NCBI GenBank assembly: GCA_044222365.1
Contig: JBGANH010000004.1
Span: forward strand, 1-35,491
DNA: 35,491 nt
Direction of reading: 5' to 3'
From: Candidatus Eiseniibacteriota bacterium
GTDB taxonomy: Bacteria > Eisenbacteria > RBG-16-71-46
In this document: piece after piece, positions 1 to 9,157 of the stretch
Layout of the letters: each line of letters begins with the position of its first letter
Position numbering within the stretch: the first letter of the stretch is position 1
Notes under the pieces: generated by a model
Database searches by the model: none
What the model saw: only the letters and a program-made list of their open reading frames with translations
What the model was told of the DNA's origin: nothing
Position numbers and translations under genes: made by a program

Positions 1-243
1 CCACGCCTCGTTCATCTCGTCGAACGTGGTGATGTCCGCGAGGTAGATGGTCACCGAGAGGAGCCGGGTCTTGTCGGTGCCCGCCTCGGCGAGGCGTTCG
101 TCGATGCGCTTGAGGATCGCCTCGGTCTGGCCCTTCACGCCGAGCGAGCGGTCGGCCACCACGTGGCCGGCGAGATAGACGGTGTCGCCGTGGATGACGA
201 CGCCGGAAAGCCGGGGACCCGGCGCGAGTCTCGAAATGGGCAT
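1..243 (-). CDS. RidA/YjgF/UK114 (Rid) family protein, YoaB-like; 3' end lies outside the window
   Basis: Not in the ORF track. Manual translation from ATG at 243: MPISRLAPGPRLSGVVIHGDTVYLAGHVVADRSLGVKGQTEAILKRIDERLAEAGTDKTRLLSVTIYLADITTFDEMNEAW. GGAGA RBS upstream. Confidence 0.9.
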   Translation of the reverse strand, partial: MPISRLAPGPRLSGVVIHGDTVYLAGHVVADRSLGVKGQTEAILKRIDERLAEAGTDKTRLLSVTIYLADITTFDEMNEAW

Positions 244-521
244 GTGCGTCTCCGGATGCGGAAGGTGAGCGCGCAGCGTGCGCGAGTGCCGCGGGGCTTG
301 TCGAGCCTACCGGGCCCGCGCTCTCCCGAATGAGAGCGTGCAGTGAGACGCGCGGGAGTTTTGTCGTGACGAACTTCGCCCCGTCGCCACCGCGTTCGTG
401 ACTTTTTCATGTGCTTGTCAGGCCACACAACCTACTCTGTCGTCCTGCTGTCGCACCGTGGCTCGCCGGGCGACCCCGTCCTTCGGCGTGCGCACTCATT
501 TCCCCAGCCCCCGGAGGACGC

Positions 522-3500
522 ATGAAGAAGTGGCTCGGCATGTTCATCTCGGCCGTTCTGATCGCGGCCAGCGCGACGGTTTCGTTCGCGCAGGCCGTCG
601 AGAGCGATCCCGATCTTCCCACCGGCATCGGTGGCGAAGTCGACAAGGAAGCCTACCTGAAGGCGCGCGCCGGCTTCGACGAGCTGCGCTACGGCAGCGC
701 CCCGAGCGACGCGCTCATCCAGGCGCGCCTCGGTGCGGTCCGCCAGCTTTCGTCGCAGGGCCGTGCGCTCGCGCCGTTCGTCTCGGCCGGCACGTGGACG
801 CCGATCGGCCCCTGGCCCATCCCGAACGGCCAGACGACCAGCATCAGCACGGCGATCTCGGGCCGTGTCTCGGCGATCTGCGTGCACCCGACGAACCCGA
901 ACATCGTGTACGTCGGCGCGGCCCAGGGCGGCGTGTGGCGCTCGCTCGACGGCGGCACGACGTGGACGGCGATCTTCGACAACGCCGCGTCGCTCGCGAT
1001 CGGCTCGCTCGCGCTCGCGCCGTCCGATCCGAGCATCCTGTACGTCGGCACCGGTGAAGCGAACGGCTCGGCCGACTCGTTCTTCGGCGTCGGTCTCTAC
1101 CGCATCGACGACGCGGCGGGCGCGGCGGTCCTGAACGGGCCGTTCAACCCGACGCCGACCACCGACATCATCGGCGCCAAGACGTTCACGGGCCGTTCGA
1201 TCTCGAAGATCCTCGTGGATCCGGCCGATCCGGCGATCGTGTTCTGCTCGACCGCGAGCGGCATCGGCGGCTACGGCGGTGAACCGTTCGGCGCGTCGCC
1301 CCCGATCACCGCGTTGCGCGGCATCTACCGCTCGACGAACGCCACCTCGGCGAGCCCGTCGTTCACGAAGTTGACGGTCTCCTCGGCGGCGAGCATCGCC
1401 CCGGACGTGTCGGGCAACCAGGTCATCGCCGACATGATCTACGACCCGACCGATGCCACCTCCAACACGATCCTCTGCTGGGCCAACGGTACGACCGCGG
1501 CGAACAACGGCGGCATCTACCGCACGACGACCGCGAAGGGCGCCGGCACGTTCACGCAGACGTTCGTCACGACCGTCAGCGGTGCGCGCGGCACGTTCGC
1601 GGCGAACCGCGTCGGCGCCACGACCACGATCATCGTCGGCACGGGCGAGACCGCGGCCGGCACGTCGTGCACGACCGGTAGCGGCGCGCTGCGCCGTTCG
1701 GTGGACGGCGGCCTGACCTGGTCGGCGAAGCTCGCGGGCGGCGGCGGCTACTGCGGTGGCCAGTGCTTCTACGACCTGCCCGTCGCGATCAGCCCGACCG
1801 ACGCGAACATCATCCTCATCGGCGGCGCCGGCAACAGCACCTGCTCGCGCGTGTACGCGCGTTCGAGCAACGCCGGCGCGAGCTTCACGGCCGCCGGTGT
1901 GGGCGACGTCGGCCTGCACGCGGACGCGCACGCGATCGTGTTCGCGCCCTCGGATCCGAACATCGTGTACGAAGGCAACGACGGCGGCATCTACAAGTCC
2001 ACGAACGGTGGCGTGAGCTGGACCAGCCTGAACGTGTTCCCGTTCAGCGCCGCGCAGTACCAGAGCCTCGACGTGCACCCGCTCGACCCGAACTTCACGA
2101 TCGGCGGCACGCAGGACAACGGTACGCAGCACTACCGTCCGGACGGCACGTGGAACCGCATCGATTTCGGTGACGGCGGCTTCACGGTGATCGACCAGAA
2201 CGCGGCCGACAACTCGAACGTCACGATGTTCCACACGTACTTCAACCAGACGAACGCGATGGGCTACGCGCGCGTGACCAACGTCGCGGGCGCGGCCGAC
2301 GGTCTCTGGGCGTTCTTCGGCTGCGGCTTCAGCGGCAGCACGCCGAACGGCATGACGTGCACCGCGACGGCCTGCCAGTTCTACGCGCCGATGGTCCGCG
2401 GCCCGGGCAACCCGAACACGCTCTACTTCGGTTCGGACGTGCTCTACCGCTCGGCCAACGGCGGCACCACGGTGACCAAGGTGAGCCAGGACCCGATCAC
2501 CTCCGCTCGTGCGATCTCGGCGATCGGCATCGCGCCGTCGAACGACAACGTGCGTCTCGTCGGCCTCACGAGCTCCACGATCTGGGGCACGGTGACCGGT
2601 TCGAGCACGCTCGTGAACATGACCGGTGCGGGCATGCCGGTGAAGTACATCGGCCGCATCGCGATCGATCCGACCGATCCGAACAAGGCGTACGTCTGCT
2701 TCGGCGGCTTCGGTGTCCCGGCCGGCCAGCACGTCTGGAAGACCACGAACCTCATGACGGGCACGCCGACCTGGTCGGCGTCGGGCTTCGGCCTGCCGGA
2801 CGTGCCGGTCAACGCGTTCGCCATCGACCCGATGGTGCCGACGCGCGTGTTCGCGGGCACGGACGTGGGTGTGTACCAGTCCTTCGACGGCGGCGCGACG
2901 TGGGCGCCGTACACGACGGGCATGCCGGTCGTGGCCGTGTTCGACATGAAGATCCAGCCCACGAGCCGCACGCTGCGCGTCGCGACGCACGGCCGTGGCA
3001 TGTTCGAGCGCTCGCTCGACGCCCCGGTCGCCACCCAGCTCGCGCTGGTCGGCTCGGAGATCGTGAACGGCCACCCGAAGATGACGTGGTACTCGGCCGA
3101 CGGCGCGCGTGAGGTGATGAAGCTCTACCGCCGCGCGATCCCCGGCGAGTTCGCGTACGTGCAGGACCTGCAGGCGGACGGTGACGGCCTGCTCACGTAC
3201 GAAGACGCGAACGTCGTCGCCGGCCGCAGCTACGAGTACAAGATCGGCGTCCTCCACAACGGCGTCGAGCGCATGCTCGGCCAGGTGTGGGTGGACGTGC
3301 CGCTCGAGACGCAGTTCGCGCTGCGCTCGCTGTCGGCCAATCCGGCACGCGGCTCGCTGCAGATGAGCGTGTCGCTCGGTTCGGCGTCGCCCGCGAGCCT
3401 CGAGCTCGTGGACGTCACCGGCCGTCGCGTCGCCGGCAAGGAGCTCGGCACGCTGGCCGCCGGCACGCACCGCATCACGCTCGACGCGTCCGGCGTGGCG

Positions 3501-3572
3501 TCGGGTGTGTACTTCGCGCGCCTCGCCCAGGCGGGCAAGGTCGCGTCGGTGCGCGTGACGATCGTCCGCTAG
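522..3572 (+). CDS. Secreted BNR/Asp-box beta-propeller protein (GH74/VPS10-like) with Ig-like domain and T9SS-CTD/FlgD-Ig-like C-terminal domain
   Basis: Start reassigned to ATG 522 (GGAGG RBS). Signal peptide MKKWLGMFISAVLIAASATVSFA; SGRVSAICVHP, Asp-boxes SLDGGTTW, SVDGGLTW, STNGGVSW, SFDGGATW; HADAHAI; GGTQDNG; ATHGRGMF; tail NPARG...DVTGRRV...GVYFARL...VTIVR. Confidence 0.85.
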   Translation: MKKWLGMFISAVLIAASATVSFAQAVESDPDLPTGIGGEVDKEAYLKARAGFDELRYGSAPSDALIQARLGAVRQLSSQGRALAPFVSAGTWTPIGPWPIPNGQTTSISTAISGRVSAICVHPTNPNIVYVGAAQGGVWRSLDGGTTWTAIFDNAASLAIGSLALAPSDPSILYVGTGEANGSADSFFGVGLYRIDDAAGAAVLNGPFNPTPTTDIIGAKTFTGRSISKILVDPADPAIVFCSTASGIGGYGGEPFGASPPITALRGIYRSTNATSASPSFTKLTVSSAASIAPDVSGNQVIADMIYDPTDATSNTILCWANGTTAANNGGIYRTTTAKGAGTFTQTFVTTVSGARGTFAANRVGATTTIIVGTGETAAGTSCTTGSGALRRSVDGGLTWSAKLAGGGGYCGGQCFYDLPVAISPTDANIILIGGAGNSTCSRVYARSSNAGASFTAAGVGDVGLHADAHAIVFAPSDPNIVYEGNDGGIYKSTNGGVSWTSLNVFPFSAAQYQSLDVHPLDPNFTIGGTQDNGTQHYRPDGTWNRIDFGDGGFTVIDQNAADNSNVTMFHTYFNQTNAMGYARVTNVAGAADGLWAFFGCGFSGSTPNGMTCTATACQFYAPMVRGPGNPNTLYFGSDVLYRSANGGTTVTKVSQDPITSARAISAIGIAPSNDNVRLVGLTSSTIWGTVTGSSTLVNMTGAGMPVKYIGRIAIDPTDPNKAYVCFGGFGVPAGQHVWKTTNLMTGTPTWSASGFGLPDVPVNAFAIDPMVPTRVFAGTDVGVYQSFDGGATWAPYTTGMPVVAVFDMKIQPTSRTLRVATHGRGMFERSLDAPVATQLALVGSEIVNGHPKMTWYSADGAREVMKLYRRAIPGEFAYVQDLQADGDGLLTYEDANVVAGRSYEYKIGVLHNGVERMLGQVWVDVPLETQFALRSLSANPARGSLQMSVSLGSASPASLELVDVTGRRVAGKELGTLAAGTHRITLDASGVASGVYFARLAQAGKVASVRVTIVR

Positions 3573-3611
3573 TCGAAGCACGCAGGGCCCGTCACGCAGG
3601 CGGGAGTACCA

Positions 3612-3643
3612 CGAGAGGGGCGTCCGGAAGGGCGCCCCTTTCG
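3612..3643 (+). terminator. Putative intrinsic terminator hairpin
   Basis: CGAGAGGGGCGTCC-GGAA-GGGCGCCCCTTTCG: 14-bp stem (two G-U pairs), GNRA loop, 40 nt after the stop at 3572; weak U tract. Confidence 0.65.
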
Positions 3644-3806
3644 CTTGCCCCGGGCGGCGCGTGGGCACCGGAGCGGCCCCCGGCCGGGCCGCGCTCGTGG
3701 CGTGGTGCGCGGCGTTCGCCCTTCGGCGCTGGCCGCGCCCGGGGGCGCTGCGCCAACGTCCGCGCCCTGTCCATCCCCGCATCACGCCTCACCTCGGAGA
3801 CACGCG

Positions 3807-4598
3807 ATGCCCACCATCACGCAGCACGCGCCCGGCAGCTTCTGCTGGGTCGAACTGGCCACGACCGACCCCGCCGCCGCGAAGCACTTCTACGGCGAAC
3901 TCTTCGGCTGGACGCCGCTCGAGTTCGACATGGGTGAGAACGGCACGTACTGCATCTTCCAGCTCGGCGGCCGGCACTCGGCCGCGATGTTCCCGCTGTC
4001 GCCCGACATGCTCGAGCGCGGTGTGCCCGTGCACTGGGGCGTGTTCATCGCCGTCGAGAGCGCCGATGAGGCCGCGAAGCAGGCCGTCTCGCTCGGTGCC
4101 TCGCCGATCATGCCGCCGTTCGACGTGGGTGAGGACGGCCGGCTCGCCATCGTCACGGACACGCTCGGTGCGCCGATCAACCTGTGGCAGGGCAAGGGCA
4201 CGCCCGGCGTGGGCGTGATGCACGAGCCCGGCGCGCTCGCGTGGACGCAGCTCAACGCCACCGATCCCGCGAAGGCGAAGGAGTTCTACGGTGGACTGTT
4301 CGGCTGGAAGTCGAACGACACGTCGAGCGCGATGGGCCCCTACACGCAGTGGATGCTCGGGCAGAACATGATCGCCGGCATGATGCCCATGCCGGCGGGC
4401 ACCGGTGCGCCGTCGCACTGGCTGTCGTATTTCGCGGTCGCCGACGTGGACGCTTCGCACGCGAAGCTCACCGCGATGGGCGGCAAGACGTGGGTGCCGC
4501 CGTCGGACATTCCGGGCGTCGGCCGCTTCACCGTCGTCGCCGACCCGCAGGGCGCCACGTTCGCGATGGCGAAGTTCCTGCCGCCCCCGGGGGCGTAG
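3807..4598 (+). CDS. VOC/glyoxalase family protein with two tandem domains (Rv0577/CFP32-like)
   Basis: ATG 3807 with GGAGA RBS. PGSFCWVELATTDPAAAKHFYGELFGW is repeated as PGALAWTQLNATDPAKAKEFYGGLFGW; HWLSYFAVADVD; GRFTVVADPQGA. Confidence 0.9.
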   Translation: MPTITQHAPGSFCWVELATTDPAAAKHFYGELFGWTPLEFDMGENGTYCIFQLGGRHSAAMFPLSPDMLERGVPVHWGVFIAVESADEAAKQAVSLGASPIMPPFDVGEDGRLAIVTDTLGAPINLWQGKGTPGVGVMHEPGALAWTQLNATDPAKAKEFYGGLFGWKSNDTSSAMGPYTQWMLGQNMIAGMMPMPAGTGAPSHWLSYFAVADVDASHAKLTAMGGKTWVPPSDIPGVGRFTVVADPQGATFAMAKFLPPPGA

Positions 4599-4628
4599 GG
4601 AACGGCCGCGGCTCGAACGGATCACGCG

Positions 4629-4655
4629 GCGGCCGCCCTTCTCCCGGGCGGCCGC
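4629..4655 (+). terminator. Intergenic hairpin, possible terminator
   Basis: GCGGCCGCCC-TTCTCCC-GGGCGGCCGC: perfect 10-bp stem downstream of the VOC gene; no clear U tract. Confidence 0.4.
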
Positions 4656-4732
4656 GGTGCGTTTGCGCGGCCGCGCGTGCGCGCGTTTACTGTCGGTCCC
4701 TCGCACACACTTCTTTCGTGGAGCCGCTCCGC

Positions 4733-5824
4733 ATGTCGCTGCCGCCCGCCACGCAGTCGCCGCTCGGAAAAATCTCGCCCGAGGTGTTCGGCTCGGTCGT
4801 CGCGCCACGCCTGGGCGCCGAACGCGCCGAAGTGCTCGCGGGGCCGCGCGCGGGGCACGACGCCGCGATCGTGAAGATCGGCGCGGGCCGTGTGATGGCG
4901 GTGACGACCGACCCGCTCAGCGTGATCCCGGCGCTCGGGCCCGCGCGCTCGGCGCGTCTCGCCTGCCACCTGATCGCGTCCGATCTCTGGACCACGGGCA
5001 TTCCGCCGGCCTACGCGAGCGTGTCGTTCGCGTTGCCGCCGCACTTCGGTGACGACCTCTTCGCCGAATACTGGGCGGCGATGAGCGACGAATGGGCGAA
5101 GCTCGGCGTGGCCGTCGTCACGGGCCACACGGGGCGCTACGACGGTTGCGACCTGTCCATCGTCGGCGCCGCGACGCTCATCGGCGTCGGCGACGAAGGG
5201 CGCTACGTCACGCCGCTCATGGCGTCGCCGGGCGATCGCGTGATCCTCACGAAGGGGTGCGCGGTCGAGACGGCGGCGGTGATCGCCGCGCTCGCGCCGC
5301 AGCGCGTGGGCGGTGCGCTCGCCGCGGCGGGACTGGACGACGGCGCGCTCGCGCGGCTGCAGGCGATGGAATCGCAGGTGAGCGTGGTCGCGGACTGCCG
5401 CGCCGCGCTGCGCGTGGGCGTGCGTGATCGCGGCGTCACGGCGCTGCACGACGCGACCGAGGGCGGTGTGCTCGGCGGGCTGGTCGAGCTCGCCAAGGCG
5501 TGCGGGCACGACCTGCGCGTCGAGCGCTCGCGCATACCGCTCCCGGCCGAAGTACGCGTCGCGTGCGAGGTGCTCGGCGTGGATCCGTACGTCTCGCTCG
5601 CCGAGGGCGCGCTGCTGTGCTGCGCGCGCGCCGAACACGCGGGCGCGGTGCTCGCGGCGCTGGCCGAAGAAGGCATCGCGGCGGCGGAGATCGGCGAGGT
5701 GATGAAGGGCACCGGCAAGCTGTGGCTCGCCGAAAGCGACGGCGCCGTCCTCACGTTGGAGGAACCGGCGCCGGATCCCTACTGGGACGCTTACGCCCGC
5801 GCGGTGCGCGAGGGCTGGAAGTAG
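4733..5824 (+). CDS. AIR synthase-related (PurM/HypE/ThiL superfamily) protein of unknown function
   Basis: ATG 4733 (GGAG upstream). GHDAAIV...TTDP, VTGHTG, PGDRVILTKG, LHDATEGG, EGALL motifs. Confidence 0.85.
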   Translation: MSLPPATQSPLGKISPEVFGSVVAPRLGAERAEVLAGPRAGHDAAIVKIGAGRVMAVTTDPLSVIPALGPARSARLACHLIASDLWTTGIPPAYASVSFALPPHFGDDLFAEYWAAMSDEWAKLGVAVVTGHTGRYDGCDLSIVGAATLIGVGDEGRYVTPLMASPGDRVILTKGCAVETAAVIAALAPQRVGGALAAAGLDDGALARLQAMESQVSVVADCRAALRVGVRDRGVTALHDATEGGVLGGLVELAKACGHDLRVERSRIPLPAEVRVACEVLGVDPYVSLAEGALLCCARAEHAGAVLAALAEEGIAAAEIGEVMKGTGKLWLAESDGAVLTLEEPAPDPYWDAYARAVREGWK

Positions 5825-5831
5825 CGGCCGA

Positions 5832-7847
5832 TCAGCGCCCGCCCGGCATCGTGGGCGGAGGCGCCGGCGCGAACATGCTCTCGGGCACCACGCGCAGCGC
5901 GCGCGCGATCGGGTGCAGGTCCTGCTCCGGATCGGCCCAGGGCGAGCGGCGGTAGAAGAAGTCGGTGCGCGCCCACGGGCTCTTCGCGAACGTCGAGTCG
6001 GCGGCGAGACGGTCGGCGAACTCCTTCGCGAGCTTCGGATCCTTCGCGAGCATCTGCTTCGCGATCGGCTCCATCACGTAGTCCTCGCCGTACTCCTTCT
6101 TCGGGAAGATCGTGTCGAACGCGTTCCACGCCATCAGGCCGTCCGGCGCCTGCGGCTCGAACAGGTTCACCGCGAGCGCGGCCGAGGGCTGGTCGAGCGG
6201 CACCCACACGTCGCCGGGACGGAAGCTGCGCAGCTGGCGCTCAGGTCTGACGGCTGCGACGCGCGTCATGCGATGGCCTTCGAACAGCTCGGGGGCCTGC
6301 GACCATTCGGTCACGCGCAGCATCTCGACGCTGTCGCGCCACGTGCGCACGAGCCGCCGGTAGCGGACGCCGTGCACGTCGAGCGCGTCGATCGCGCGCG
6401 TCCATTCCTGCGGCACCAGGTAGCCCGCGGGCTGCTGCACGGCGAGCGTGGGCACGACCTCGCGGTAGACCATGATCGTCGTGTCCCACGGCGCGTCGCC
6501 GTAGCGCGCGACCGGCGCGCCCGTGATCTCGCTCGTCTCCCACGTCGTGACCTTGCCGCGATAGAGGAACGGCACGCCCTTGTCGGTCGTGCGCCCGGCG
6601 AGCACGACGGTGCGGCGTGCGGGATTCGTCTCGCGGGCGCGTGCGATCACGGACGCCTCGGCGTCGCGCACCGCGCCGGTGAGCGCGCGCGGACGGATGC
6701 GGATCTCGTCGAGCAGCGCGACGAGCAGGTCGTACGTCGCCTTCACGCGGTCGCCGTAGGGCTTGAGCATGTGGGTCTCGACGAGCAGCGCCCCGCGCGC
6801 GTGCAGCGGCGGGTAGCCGGTCGAGAACCGCGGCGGCGCGGCACCCATGTCGATGCCGCTCGAGGGGCGCGGCCCGCGGAAGTTGACGTAGGGCGCGGGC
6901 AGGTGGCCCATGGCGGTCAGCGCGGGCAGGACGCGGCCCTCGAACGCCTCGGCGTACCAGCGCGCGATCGGTTCCGGCACCTGGGGACCCTGCTGCAGGC
7001 CGTAGGTCACGTCGTGCTGGTAGTCGGCGCCGTCGGTGGTGTGGTCGTCCACGAGCAGCTCGGGCCACCACTTCGTGTACACGTTGGCGAGCAGCGCGCG
7101 CATCTCGGGCGTCTCGGCCTTCATGTAGTCGCGGTTGATGTTCAGCCCGGTGGGATTGACCCGCCAGCCCATCTCCTCGGGACCGTTCTGGTTGAGGCGG
7201 TTGTACTTGCTCCGCCGCTCGTGCGCGTCCACCGAGAAGATGGGCACGACGAGCACGATGCACGAGTCGATCAGGTTCTGGCGCGTGCGCAGCACCGCCA
7301 TGTCGCGCACGAGTGCGAGCGAAGCGTCCTTGCCCTCGATCTCGCCCGAGTGGATGCCGTTCTGGATGAGCACGACGGGTTTGCCGGTCGCGCGCGCGGC
7401 CTCGGGCGTGAAGGCGCGGTCCTTCGACACGACGAGCAGGACGAGGTCGCGGCCCTGGCCGGACTTGCCGAACGTGACCATCTTGACCCAGCGCGAGCCC
7501 GCCTCGAGCTGCTTGCAGTAGCGCATGGTCTCGTCGTAGTCGGCCGTCTGCTTCCAGAGCGTCCGCTCGGCGCGCGTGCGCCAGAAGCCCGGCAACTCGG
7601 CGGGAACCGCCGGACCGGCGGGAACCTGTGCCGGGGTCACGTCGCGCAGGCGCGCGGCGGGCCGCGGCGGCATGGCGGCCGGGCGGCGGGCACTGTCGGC
7701 CAGCGCGCGGCCGGGTTCGTAGCGGCGGACGGAGTCGGGGCGCGCGCCACCGGGGAGTGCGGTCTGGGCGAGGGCGAGCGTGGTGCTGCAGACGAGCGCG
7801 AGGGCCGTGAGGGCCGCGGCTCGACGGGACAGGGCGGTAGTCGTCAT
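5832..7847 (-). CDS. Exported M14 zinc carboxypeptidase family protein
   Basis: Real start ATG 7847 within the longer tracked ORF. Signal peptide MTTTALSRRAAALTALALVCSTTLALA; GKSGQGR, GIHSGEIEG (HxxE), NINRD, DDHTTDG, LLVETH. Confidence 0.88.
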   Translation of the reverse strand: MTTTALSRRAAALTALALVCSTTLALAQTALPGGARPDSVRRYEPGRALADSARRPAAMPPRPAARLRDVTPAQVPAGPAVPAELPGFWRTRAERTLWKQTADYDETMRYCKQLEAGSRWVKMVTFGKSGQGRDLVLLVVSKDRAFTPEAARATGKPVVLIQNGIHSGEIEGKDASLALVRDMAVLRTRQNLIDSCIVLVVPIFSVDAHERRSKYNRLNQNGPEEMGWRVNPTGLNINRDYMKAETPEMRALLANVYTKWWPELLVDDHTTDGADYQHDVTYGLQQGPQVPEPIARWYAEAFEGRVLPALTAMGHLPAPYVNFRGPRPSSGIDMGAAPPRFSTGYPPLHARGALLVETHMLKPYGDRVKATYDLLVALLDEIRIRPRALTGAVRDAEASVIARARETNPARRTVVLAGRTTDKGVPFLYRGKVTTWETSEITGAPVARYGDAPWDTTIMVYREVVPTLAVQQPAGYLVPQEWTRAIDALDVHGVRYRRLVRTWRDSVEMLRVTEWSQAPELFEGHRMTRVAAVRPERQLRSFRPGDVWVPLDQPSAALAVNLFEPQAPDGLMAWNAFDTIFPKKEYGEDYVMEPIAKQMLAKDPKLAKEFADRLAADSTFAKSPWARTDFFYRRSPWADPEQDLHPIARALRVVPESMFAPAPPPTMPGGR

Positions 7848-7903
7848 GGCCGCGCAGGTTATCACCCGGCGCGGCCATGATGTAGGCGGAGATTGGCGGT
7901 GGG

Positions 7904-8998
7904 TCAGGCTTCCATGCGCCTCAGCCGGTCCTGCACCTGCACGACGTCGGTCGTGATCTCGCCGTTCTTCCAGATCGCGTCCCAGTCGAGCTTGGTGAAG
8001 TTCGTGTGCGCGAGTTCGATCGCCTCGGACACGTGCAGGCATTCGGTCATGAGGTCCGGCGTCTCCGGCGCGGGCCGGCGATGGTGCTCGGCGATCGCAC
8101 GTGCGGCGTCCACGCCCATGCCCCAGCGCAGCACCGCGAGGCCGCCGAGCGGCTCGTGCAGGTGCCAGAGGAGCTGGCGGAAGAACACGTCCGGCATCTT
8201 CACCTCGCGGCGGCGCTTGTGGCGCAGCGACGAGATGTGGTCGAACGTGAGCAGCTTGCCCACGTCGTGGAGCAGCGCGAGCGAGTACGCCGTCTCGCCG
8301 TCCACGCCGAACGCCGGAGCGAGGGCGCGCGCGATGGGCGCGGTGCGCTGCATGTGCGACCAGACCTTCTGCACGAGGGCGTCGTAGCTGCCGCCCGGCC
8401 GGCAGAGCATCTGCTGCACCATGCTCTCCATGAGGATGCCCTGCACGCCCTTGAGGCCGACTCGCTGCACGGCCGCGTGGACGGAGTTGCAGGGGTTGCC
8501 GTCGCGCTTGTAGAAGACCGAGTTCGCCTGGCGCAGCAGCGCCTGCACGAGCATCGGGTCGTGCTCGAACAGCACGACGATCTGCGCGAGCGACGAGTTC
8601 GGGTTGCGCGCCACGTTGAGCGCGCGCATGGCGGCGTCCGGAGGCTGGCGGATGATCTGCTCGCCGGCCTTCGTGAGCTCCTCGACGAGCGCCGGCGCGT
8701 CGGACTGCTGCGCCTCGCGGGTCGCGCCGTCCATGAGCACCTTCGCGCGCCAGTGCAGCGAGCGGCGCAGTGCGGCTTCGACGGTGATCGGGTCGTTCGG
8801 CACGGGCACGGTGGCGTGCGCGTGCGCGGCGGGCGCGGCCGCGGCCTCGTTGCTCGCGACGGCGGCGGCGAGCGTGGCGGCCTGGGACTCGTCCGACGCG
8901 GCGGCGGAGCGATCCGAGTCGCGGGTGGAGGGAGCGGCGGCCTTCTCGGGCGAATTCCCGGTCGCACCGAAGAGGCGCTTCCAGAAGTTGGCGAACAT
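7904..8998 (-). CDS. Stand-alone HDOD domain protein
   Basis: ATG 8998 with GGGAGA RBS. HDPMLVQALLRQANSVFY, AVQRVG, VWSHM, ALLHDVGKL, WGM...IAEHH. Confidence 0.88.
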   Translation of the reverse strand: MFANFWKRLFGATGNSPEKAAAPSTRDSDRSAAASDESQAATLAAAVASNEAAAAPAAHAHATVPVPNDPITVEAALRRSLHWRAKVLMDGATREAQQSDAPALVEELTKAGEQIIRQPPDAAMRALNVARNPNSSLAQIVVLFEHDPMLVQALLRQANSVFYKRDGNPCNSVHAAVQRVGLKGVQGILMESMVQQMLCRPGGSYDALVQKVWSHMQRTAPIARALAPAFGVDGETAYSLALLHDVGKLLTFDHISSLRHKRRREVKMPDVFFRQLLWHLHEPLGGLAVLRWGMGVDAARAIAEHHRRPAPETPDLMTECLHVSEAIELAHTNFTKLDWDAIWKNGEITTDVVQVQDRLRRMEA

Positions 8999-9098
8999 GC
9001 GGGTCTCCCGGCGGAGGGGCCTGTGGTCCGGGCAAGCGCGTGCGTGCCCGTGGGTCCGGCTGATGCGCGAAGTCTCGGAGCCTCCGGCCACAACATGA

Positions 9099-9132
9099 GA
9101 GGGCGCCCCCGCGTCGCGGCGGGGGCGCCCTC
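9099..9132 (-). terminator. Hairpin terminating the arg operon
   Basis: GAGGGCGCCCCCGC-GTCGCG-GCGGGGGCGCCCTC: perfect 14-bp stem ~25 nt past the argF stop. Confidence 0.7.
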
Positions 9133-9157
9133 AAGTGACGGCAACTTCGTGGCACGG

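Noticed and set aside
360-440. CRP-like GTGA-N6-TCGC site and TTGTCA-N12-TACTCT promoter (similar spacing at 26627-26650)
   Set aside because: Weak matches and non-canonical spacing; two instances cannot be distinguished from chance.
432-3785. Long antisense and alternate-frame ORFs (e.g. 432..3785, 11027..14236, 17203..20016, 29918..33196, 30444..33371)
   Set aside because: Arg/Ala/Gly-rich shadow frames of real high-GC genes with no recognisable motifs.
4599-4732. TPP or other riboswitch before the PurM-like gene
   Set aside because: No CUGAGA core or other recognisable aptamer; only a simple hairpin.
5832-7847. M14 protein as the missing acetylornithine deacetylase
   Set aside because: It has a signal peptide and is separated from the operon by a terminator hairpin and the HDOD gene.
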